A DNA stretch of 64,000 nt from NCBI GenBank assembly GCA_907165135.1, contig OU015566.1, positions 3,968,001 to 4,032,000 of the forward strand, written 5' to 3'. Position numbers and translations under genes: made by a program. Below are positions 55,207-64,000 of the stretch, one piece after another. This DNA is from Oikopleura dioica (Eukaryota; Animalia; Chordata). The stretch's first letter is position 1, and each line of letters begins with the position of its first letter. Under the pieces are notes generated by a model. That model saw only the letters and a program-made list of their open reading frames with translations. It ran no database searches and had not been told where the DNA came from.

Positions 55207-58200
55207 TTATGAACAATGAGGGTTGAGAGCGTTGATATCGCGATTTCGAATTTGCCACTGGCACTTTCCATTTTACAGGAGCAGCTTACGCCGCTCGTTA
55301 TTCTAGAAAAAGCGATTAATTATGGCTCTCCTTATTTACTCACAATTTCGGCCGAATTCGCTGATTGCTGGCCTTGCACTTCCATCTGCAAAAAGAGCCG
55401 TGTTCGTAATTTGGCCCCCTACTTCTCAGAAACGCTATTCTTCCTTGATAACTCTGATCAAAGTACGTACTCTCGCCCCACTTGACCTTTTCCTCTTCAT
55501 AAATGATCGGCCTGCCGTAACGATCAATGCACTCCATTTCGATATTTGACGCGTTGTAAGTGTAGAAGAAATCGCCTGGATTTGGGCAAGCGCCCTCGTC
55601 GGCGCAATACGCACCTGTCAGGGGTTTATTTCGAAGTGGCTCCTTCCAGCGGCATTGTTGACGGGTGCAGTAACACTTTCAAGTGGCTCAACCAGCGAAC
55701 AAGAGTTCAAATAGTATGACTCAGTTAGATAAGACTGACTAGGATTAGGGGACTTGGGATACTCATAAGGGGATCCCTAGGGGATCCTAGAGGATTAGCC
55801 GTAAGGGGGTCCCGGGGGTCGGAGCCCCCTTTGCTTTGGGGGTGGGGGTTCGTAGATGGGCCCTTCTTTTCAGCCTTTGAAAGAAAATGGCATATTGTTG
55901 AGCCAATCCTTTAATTTGATTGAATAGCTTAGTGTTCCATAATTCGAGGTATGAATCACATGACCAGGTTGAGAGCACTGTAAGTTGCAGGAATTGTCAT
56001 TACTGATGTCATCACAATTCTACAATGCAAAAATTAACGGATTTCTATTTGAAAAAAGCTCACAATTGGAATGATGTCTTTTGCCAGTCGGATGGATTCA
56101 CGTGGGTTGGGGCAGTATTTGATGCACTCGCATTCGGAGTCGGTGTCCCAGTCCATCGTTCCGAATTTATTCAAAGTGCATTTTGCTGAATTTCCTTTCG
56201 TGCACTGGAGAATCGCATCATCAGGGCACGAAGCGGTTACTATCGAATTCAAGCCGAATCGGGTCGTTTCCTCAAAAATCGATTCTAGAGAAGATGACGA
56301 TAAAAAGCTACCTGGGAGTAGATTAATTCGCCTCCAAGTCGTCTTTCCTTCAAGCTGAAGAGTTTTGGTTCCCCACATGTATTTTTTGAGCAGTGGCAGT
56401 TGGGACGATTCGACCAGCTCCCGTCTGCCAGACAAGTGCTCGAAGAAATTTGACCAATACAAATTGCGATGAGTTCTGTATCTTCTCGATTTTCGCAGAC
56501 TGCTCGGCAGGTCGCTCCCGTTGGAACTTGATAAGCACTAGAAAGAGTCATGTTTTGTTTTTGTTTTTTCTATAATACCTAGCCATTTCATCGCAGTGCC
56601 AATGGTAAGCAGGCTTCTGGGCTTTCTGAGGTAGCTGATTTACATTGCACAACTCAGGTAGACATTTGCATCCTGCGTCGTAGCCAACTTGATCCCAACT
56701 TGAGCCGGCTTGATCCAAAGCGCATTTTAGCGAAAGCTCGTCGCAGCTCAATGCGTAGCCAGGATTACATTTTCCACTGCATCTTTGGCCTTTTTGAGGG
56801 TACTTTTTCGAAAACGCTACTTTTCAATGACGCAGCCTGGCCAAAACTGTCTGCTAGACATTGCCGTTCGTGGCGAAATAAACGGGGCTCCCTGGGAAAG
56901 TCGTCAAATGTCGCCGAATGTCGCCGAACGTCGCCAAATGTCGCTGAATGTTGCCGAATGTCGCCGAATGTCGCTGAATGTCGTCGAATGTCGCCACTTA
57001 TTCTTGAAAAGATGTCGACATTTGGCGACATTCGACGACATTTGGCGACATTTGGCGACTTTCCCAGCGTCGCCAAAATATACAAAAATCATGTTTACCC
57101 TAAACCTTGATCATCACACTCCCAAAAGCCATTGTTTATCTTCGGCTTCTTCGAGCAATCGCCATTATTCCCCTCAATTGGGAACAAAGGAGTTTCTGTC
57201 GATAACGATGTCAAAGACACGGTTGTTGTCTCAGGCGTTGATGAAGTTTGAATCGACGTGGTGACCTCTTCTTCCACGCAAATCGGACTTTTGTCGCCTT
57301 TTGAGAGTAACGATGAATTATTCCGATTTCTCTGTTGAGGAGCTTACGTCTCTTGTTCTTCAAGTTCAAGAAAAGAGGGAAAGAGATGAGCAATTTTTAT
57401 GCATTTTCTTTATTTTAATTGGAGCTTTCTGTAAGTATTTTTTTCTGTCAAAATTCTTTGGAAACCAAAATTCTCGAAATTTCATGGATTTGAAGAAAAG
57501 GGCTCTTTTAGCCAATCAGAAGCAAGTATGGCTCGCTTCAGCCAATTAAAAACGAGAACGACCCCCATCAGATACCCTCTATTCTTCCATTTTTGCTTAT
57601 TATTCATGTGACATTCTATTTATTCAGTCTTCCTGGCGATCTGGATTTTCATCCTCCGAGTCGTTTTCTTCAACCCAAAAAGCGACAAAACAGCAGAATT
57701 CGAAGCAAAAAAGCGATCAACCCTAAAAGGCAGAAGTCGCCAAAATACGATCTGTGTCCAACTTGAAAGCTCAACCAACCCTGAAAAATGAAAAGAATGT
57801 TTCATCCTTAAATGTTACTTTTCCTGAAATATAAATTTCCAAGTCGTAGTCGTACTCCATGAATCCAGGAATGTTCTCAGGGCAGATTTCGCTCGAAATC
57901 GCGTAAGAAATCAGCTGATGAGAGCCGAGAATTCGCGAAATATACCAATGATTCGTCATGTAGTAGAGGTACAGTCCGGAGTTCGACTTGTAAGCGTCTT
58001 TTCCATTGAATTTCGAGTGGAAGGAGTAAAAATCGTTTTCGAGAAAACGACTTGCAGCAACTAAAATCGCAGTCTTCCTCGTCGGATTTATCGGAGCAAT
58101 CAAATTCGCCGTCGCAAATCCGATGTTTGAAAATTCTCTCGCGAGAAATTGGACACGTGACCAACTCGTGGCCGCAGTTTTCTTCGCAGTGGTATTGTTT

Positions 58201-60561
58201 GCAGGTTTGAATGATGTCGAGCGTTGTTGGTCGGAGCCGCTGGGTTTGGATCGGCAGATCGGTTTTGCGATCGGTGATTGTTGGGTAGTTGTAGTTTTTC
58301 GGGTCGCGGGAGAAGTCCCACGAACCGTAGTGCATCACGGAATTGAGTTCGTATTGATCGTTCGTGTCTAGCCAGGCTTCTTCGACAAGAAGCTAGGGAA
58401 AATGAAATGAAAATAAAGAAGCGAAAAAGGACGAATTTTGGGTCGAAAAATGGATACAGCGGCTCGAAGCGACAAATAATCGCGACAAAATTTTGCGTGG
58501 GCGGAAAAACGGCTTCTGATTGGCCGTTAAACGGAATCCAGGCTGCTGATTGGCTGAAAATTCCCAAAATTTTGTCGCGAATTTTTGTCGCTTCGAGCGG
58601 TTATATCCATTTTTCGACCCAAAATTCGTCCTTTTTTCGCTTCTTATTTCTTGTCGAAGATACCTTGAAATTTTTGGCCTTTCCATCAGTAATCCTGTCC
58701 CAATGAATCTTTACATATTCATTCCGATCTGGTCGATTTTGTTCATGATCTCTCCCGAGCGCATGAAATATCTCGTGCAGCGTCACTCCCCTCGTGTAGC
58801 AAGTATCATCGAGCGAAAGCCGCTGGCCAGTTGCTTCGGCTTGTTGAGCGCCGAGAAAGCTCCAACAGCCGCCGCCGTCGACGATGTGGATCTTGTGCTC
58901 GAGTCGCTGCGCTGCGAGACGAGAAATCGGGTCGATTTGAATGCAATTGTTGAATTCCTTATTTATCCAAGCAAAATGCCCGATCACAGTATTTCGATTC
59001 GCGCGAGAAATCGAATGCCGATTGTCGAAATAAACCGGAACCACGTATTTGGAAGTGCTGTGTTTGTAGCCATTTTTATCACTCGTCCCGTTTTTTCCAT
59101 AAAAATCCATCGCTGGCCCATTGGAAATTTATTTTCAACAAGAAGAGCTCGAGAATTTTCGATCGGCTTTCGTCTACTTGATTGTGAGTTTTCTTCGAAT
59201 TTGATGATGTTTTTCGAAGGGAGGAGGATTCCGCGGGAAGCGAATTCGCGATATGTTGCCTTTTTCAAGGCTTTTTGAATGACACAAAAATTATTGAATT
59301 TTTTTTTTTTGTAATTTTTTAAGTAATTTTTGGATAATTTAGTTGATCTGAAAATTTTTTTAATAATTTTTAAATAATTTTTTTAATAATTTTTCTTTCA
59401 ATTAATTTTTTCATTTTTTTAATTTTTAAAAATTATTTATTTATATTTTTTTCCTTGAAAAGAAATTTGAATGAAGCCATTCCTTCGTATAAACAATATC
59501 ATCACTCGTCATCCTAAACTTCGCCAAATATGAAATTCCTCTCGGCCTCGGTCGAAAATACTCCAACCCCTCCACTTGTCGCCCTTTGTAAGATGAAGAA
59601 GAACTCGTCAATCGTTTCTTCGGTTTGCCGTAGCATTTGACTGTCTGTATCTTTTTATTCGGCGACCATTTGCAGGAAACATAGTGGTTGTTGATTTCTG
59701 TACATTCGCAAATGACCTGATCGACGGTGGACTTCATCCCAGGGGGCAACGGACCTGGCATTTTGAATGATTGTCGTATTTTTTGAAACTTTGTTTTCTT
59801 CAAAAGGTTCTTTTTGAGAAAAAAGGGGTCGCGAAAAACGTGAAATTCAGAGAATCTACTAGACATTAAAAACTTTCTAAGGCGTTTAAGAAATTCGAGC
59901 CGGCCAGGAAATCCTTCTCAAGCTAAAAGTATTAAGCATTTGAGAAAATTGATCACTGCCCGAGCAAGGCCTTTTGCTGCATTAAATTAAGGGAGGGGTC
60001 TTTCAAAGGGCTTTGGATTATTTTTAAAGTGAACCTTGATCCTGAGCAGCTGACGAAATTTACAGCGCTTTCGAAGCGGAGACGGTACCAGATTATTGGG
60101 TCAGGGCAGCCAGAACTGAAAAATCAGCCTTTTAGGCAGAAGAAGAAGAAAAATGAAAAAGGCGAAAGTTTGAAAGATTTCCGGGCAGAACCAAAAATTG
60201 AAGCGATTTTCTGAATCTGGATTTTCATTGGCCGGTGAGCAAATACAGCAATCTTATTGGTTATCCGAAAATTCACTTCAAATTGTTGGTTAAGCTCAGG
60301 TTTACGGGACTAAACCAATTGGAAGTGTATTTTTAGATAACCAATAAGATTGCTGTATTTGGCCTATCGGCCAATCAAAACCCTAATCCATTAAATCAAT
60401 TTCATTAATTGGTTTAATCCGATTTCAAGCGAAATCGTATTTCAAAGAACACCAAAATTAAATTAAATAAAGATGGTTCATCAAAATCAAGTTTTCTCCA
60501 AAAATTACCTTGATGCTTCCACACCAAGAAAAGCGCCGAGCAGAATTTTTCTTAGTCTCAT
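55207..60561 (-). CDS. Astacin (M12A) metalloprotease mosaic: signal, sushi-like, pro-region, astacin, LDLa, Ser/Thr linker, several sushi-like domains
   Basis: Signal MRLRKILLGAFLGVEAS; HEIFHALGRDHEQNRPDR zinc motif; SVMHYG Met-turn; CDGEFDCSDKSDEEDC LDLa; Cys/Trp-patterned C-terminal modules; frameshifts near 59744, 58045 and 55272. Confidence 0.85.
56892..57067. repeat. Fold-back element of inverted ATGTCGCCGA 10-bp arrays with CTGGGAAAGTCG TIRs (intronic)
   Basis: About 9 forward and about 4 reverse units; ends CTGGGAAAGTCG / CGACTTTCCCAG. Confidence 0.85.
58379..58660. mobile_element. Long-armed CCAAT/GC-box palindrome filling an astacin intron (58393-58663)
   Basis: About 90-bp near-perfect inverted arms; the outermost 13-mer TCTTCGACAAGAA pairs intron sequence with exon sequence. 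Confidence 0.85.
60205..60395. mobile_element. Two inverted copies of the CAAATACAGCAATCTTATTGGTTAT repeat family (intronic)
   Basis: Same ~80-bp unit as at 27485-27570. Confidence 0.75.
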
Positions 60562-61170
60562 CTCATCGATACGTTCTCGCAAAAACCCTTCTTCTATCTC
60601 TGTTTTAGATTTTTCTTTCTCTCTATGTTCGAAAAAATAATCACGAAAATGCTCGTCACTTTTAGTTCTTTCAAGTTCTCGTTTTTCTTGAAAAAGTTGA
60701 TTTACAGAAAGCCCCGGTCGGAGCGAATTTTGGTGTCGCAGCGCCACCGCCTTTCATTCTCCGATAACTTATCGGTCAGCCATGAGCCGCGGGAGATTAC
60801 GCGATTAGCATTTATTGTGTTTTAGGGTTTCAGTTTCGATAGATACCAAGCTCAGAAATTTAGACCTTGTTTTCTTTATTCAAGTACTGTAGTGCTTCGG
60901 TCAAAGCGAACTTAGAATGAAGGATTTTAAGGGTTCCTCTCATCCAATAAGAAGCCAGTATTTCCTCCGTCAGCCAATAAGAAGCCCAGTTTTGCTCACC
61001 CTATTTCTCGGGTCGTAAAATTGGCCAATCAGAGCCAACGAAGGGCCCTTTTCTGATTGGCTTATTGACAAAATTAAGGCCTATGATTGGTTGATTTGAA
61101 AAGATGCTGGCCCTGTTGTCGACCCAAGCCAAAGTTCATTTTATAGCTCTTCAAGTAATAAGAGTTCGAA

Positions 61171-62900
61171 CTATCTTTTAATAATTAACTTTCTCAACCT
61201 CTTTCGGGGATATTCTTTTTCTCGATTGTCTACGGTAGAGCTTAGCGTCTGTCGACTTTTTGATAATTCTCCAATTTGGGCGATATTCTCCGAGTTAGAC
61301 CGTATGTTTCGAGGTGATAGTCTAACCGTTTTTTTAATAAACGATGATCTGGAATCACTGTCTGCTAGCCCTTCTAATTTGTTATAGATTCTTACAGATC
61401 GAGGACACATGTTCGTTGGTGTAAGCTTCTTACAGTTTTTTGCCTGAATTGAGACTGTTATTTACAATACAACTTCAATACGAAGCTAATTTTGTTCATT
61501 TTTGTATTGACAAAAATGTTCAATAAAACGAGAAAAACGATAATTATCGACGGCCAATGACAGTAAGTTTACTTTATTTTTATTAATATTACAGTTTCGG
61601 GATGACCTTTCGGAAGATTCTAGGAGAATATGACCACGTGGGTAAGATGACTTGGCCATATAAATAAGCAAAAGGACGATTCCAATTTCACCGCATTTCG
61701 TGTCGAATTCAGCATGGCGGACGCAAATAAATATGGAATGACGAATCGTGTCTCTCGTACTTGCCTTTCTTCCAGAAGCAACCAGGTGAAAATAAGGTCA
61801 AGTCTTGAAAGAGCAGTCTCGTAGGGCTTCGCTAAACGGATGAACTTACGAGTTGATCTGTCTCTTCGGAAGCCGGAGGATGATTCTTTCGCGCATACTC
61901 AACTTGAAACCAGGTAATAGCGCGATCTGATCAAACTAATCCGCCAAACGTCATTTGAGCTAACCAAAGCAAGAAGCCATCTTTCTAAAAATGGACTCAA
62001 CGAACCTAAAAGCGATTCTTCTATTACTCTGAACTTATTCAATTATTGTCAAAACTAGATTAATTTATTCCCCAAAAATTTTCCTCGTTGATATCAATTT
62101 TTTGAACAATTAGTATGATCAATCTTTTGGCTCGAAAACCTGAGTTAAAATGGCAATTTAATTTGTCTCGATGAGTTACAGTCAGGGTTGGGGCTCAGAC
62201 CTGAGTCAGGGAATGAAGAGATACGAGAACCCTGACTCAGGTCTGAGCCCCCAAATGGCCCCTGACTGCAACTCATGGAGACAAATTAAATTGCCATTGA
62301 AAATTTATCAAGATATCGATCGTTACTGTATTTTCTCAATTGAAGGCTATCAAGATCATTTTTTGCCGCCGAAATTGAAGTGGTGTTCAGCCGACGAAAT
62401 TATCAGATGTTTGGAGAACACTTTTTGTTTTCGAAAACTAAAATTGACTTTTCCCGTCGCCTTCTCGTCGGTATTCGAATCATCGTCAATTAACTGTATC
62501 TCGGTTTCGCTTGCTGTTTCGTTCCAAGGTGCTGACAAGTCAAGTTCGAGAAAATGAAAGGCGATCAGCCCCATCCGAAATGCATTTGGTTCAAGACATT
62601 CATTAATTTCTTATTACGGTATTGAATCAATGAAACCATTATACCATTATATTTAATCGACTCGTGATTCTCAAATGAAGTCAATAATTAACAATTTTTT
62701 GCATGTTCATTGTCACAAAAATTTTTGACTGCTAATGATCTTGAATGACGGAAAGACATTGTCAGATCGAAGGGATGAAAGATAAGCCGCATTTTTGGCA
62801 TCAAAAACCAGTGGATTATTGAGCCAATAAGGAGGTTTTATCGAGTTTACTCGTAAGAGTGGGACTCGGACCGACGGCCTTGCACACTCCTCCACACTCG
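61171..62900 (-). CDS. Possible uncharacterised spliced gene
   Basis: Open segments (RVNSIKPPYWLNNPLVFD..., LDLSAPWNETASETEIQL..., AITWFQVEYARK..., LSRLDLIFTWLLLEEK...) with plausible splice sites; no full model. Confidence 0.3.
62149..62298. repeat. 150-bp near-perfect palindrome with CCTGAGTCAGG core
   Basis: AATGGCAATTTAATTTGTCTC...GGGGCTCAGACCTGAGTCAGG / CCTGACTCAGGTCTGAGCCCC...GAGACAAATTAAATTGCCATT. Confidence 0.85.
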
Positions 62901-62914
62901 CGAATAAGAGGGTT

Positions 62915-63145
62915 GCGTCAGGAAACCAAAAAAATAAAATTCGAAAAATTTTGCGTGGGCGGCAGCTCAGCTGCTGATTGGCCGGTTAGTCTAATCAAGT
63001 CTTTTGATTTGTTGAAACGAACACAAAAATGTCGAGAATTTCGCGTTGAAATTTTCAACCAATCAGAAGCCTTGATTCGTCTCACCGGCCAATCAGCAGC
63101 CGAGTAGCCGCCCACGCAATATTTTTGAAATTTTTTTCGGTTCCC
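62915..63145. mobile_element. CCAAT/GC-box MITE
   Basis: AATTTTGCGTGGGCGGCAGCTCAGCTGCTGATTGGCCGGT ... ACCGGCCAATCAGCAGCCGAGTAGCCGCCCACGCAA. Confidence 0.85.
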
Positions 63146-63177
63146 GACCCCATCCCCTTTTATTTGAGATTTTTCAG

Positions 63178-63214
63178 ATCCTGACTCAGGTTTTCTTTAC
63201 AGGTTGCCCAGCCA
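63178..63214. mobile_element. Right end of a CTGGGC-family MITE
   Basis: CCTGACTCAGGTTTTCTTTACAGGTTGCCCAGCC. Confidence 0.65.
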
Positions 63215-64000
63215 AGAGCAATGAAACTGTCCCCGTCATTTTCCAGCCCTAGCTTTCAAACTATCCAAAGCCGGGGACGATCCTCATAAGAAATATATGA
63301 AGATCCTCGTCAATATGCGCTTAGGGAAGCTTACAGTATTAACAGTATCTTCCCTAACGTGGAAACAACGTGTTAAACTCTCGAGCGCTATCGGCTGTTT
63401 TGCGGTTTAAAGTAAGCGGCCGATTGAATTTAAATTGAAAAGCTCTTGCGAATTTCGCAAAATATTTTGTTTTTCAAAAAAAGTGTAAGAAGATGAGAAT
63501 TATCAAGATCCTGCTGAGTCTTATTTATGCGGCTTCAGGCATTGGTTAACAAAAAATGAGAAGGGAAGGGAAGTGATAGCTTCACGATGAAATTTGGTGA
63601 TGATGAGGGTAAGTTATCAAGTTATTTTTCCTTCTTTAGGAAGACTTATTTGGCAAGCGAGAAAATATAATTTTAGCTCTTTTGAACGATTTTGAAACTC
63701 GAAAAATCGTCGAAATTTTGGATTTTTGCATCAAAAATAGATTTTTTAATTGATTGTTTTCGAAAATTTGATCATTTTGAGTCAAAATCTAGCCGATTTT
63801 TGCTGAGTAACCAAAAAACGGCTCTGACAGATTCGAGATCTAAGATAGATCTACTTAAAGACCTCTTAAAAAAAGCCTTAGCATTTGCAGCTTCGGGGTT
63901 TTTCAAGACTAAAGTTGGGGTAATCGAAGGGAGTACCCTTTAAATCTTTTTGGCTTCTTCGTGATTTACTTGAAGGTAAAAGTTCATGAAACAATATCAT

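Overview
This is eukaryotic genomic DNA, not prokaryotic. It is AT-rich, has many tiny (about 30-60 nt) introns plus GA-AG/GC-AG introns, and its compact genes encode mostly secreted Cys-rich proteins. These traits fit an appendicularian tunicate such as Oikopleura (inference; no search was run). Bases 1-14.7 kb are gene-poor and packed with MITEs and minisatellites. From 14.7 kb onward I reconstructed 11 spliced genes by hand: a TSP1-trypsin-EGF mosaic protease, a poly-Thr/acidic/Lys-rich protein with a hevein-like domain, a 141-aa secreted protein, an MZB1/pERp1-like ER protein (KEEL), a kelch-like secreted protein, a ~3,700-aa fibrillin-like cbEGF protein with a ~9.2-kb uninterrupted ORF and an embedded SUEL lectin, an acidic type-I membrane protein, an SLC6 transporter, a DEG/ENaC channel, a stand-alone ITIH C-terminal (GD|PH) protein and an astacin-LDLa-sushi protease. 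One further spliced gene has no recognisable product. The strongest signal is that hAT-like MITEs with 8-bp target-site duplications (TSDs) appear to have created new introns inside coding exons. Three splice-site configurations occur in this one window: TSD+TSD (GA-AG), TSD+TIR (GT-AG) and TIR+TSD (GC-AG). Also notable are a telomere-repeat-cored MITE nested in another MITE and a minimal ITIH-type autoprocessing domain carrying only an Asn/Tyr-rich peptide. Several 1-bp homopolymer frameshifts look like assembly errors.
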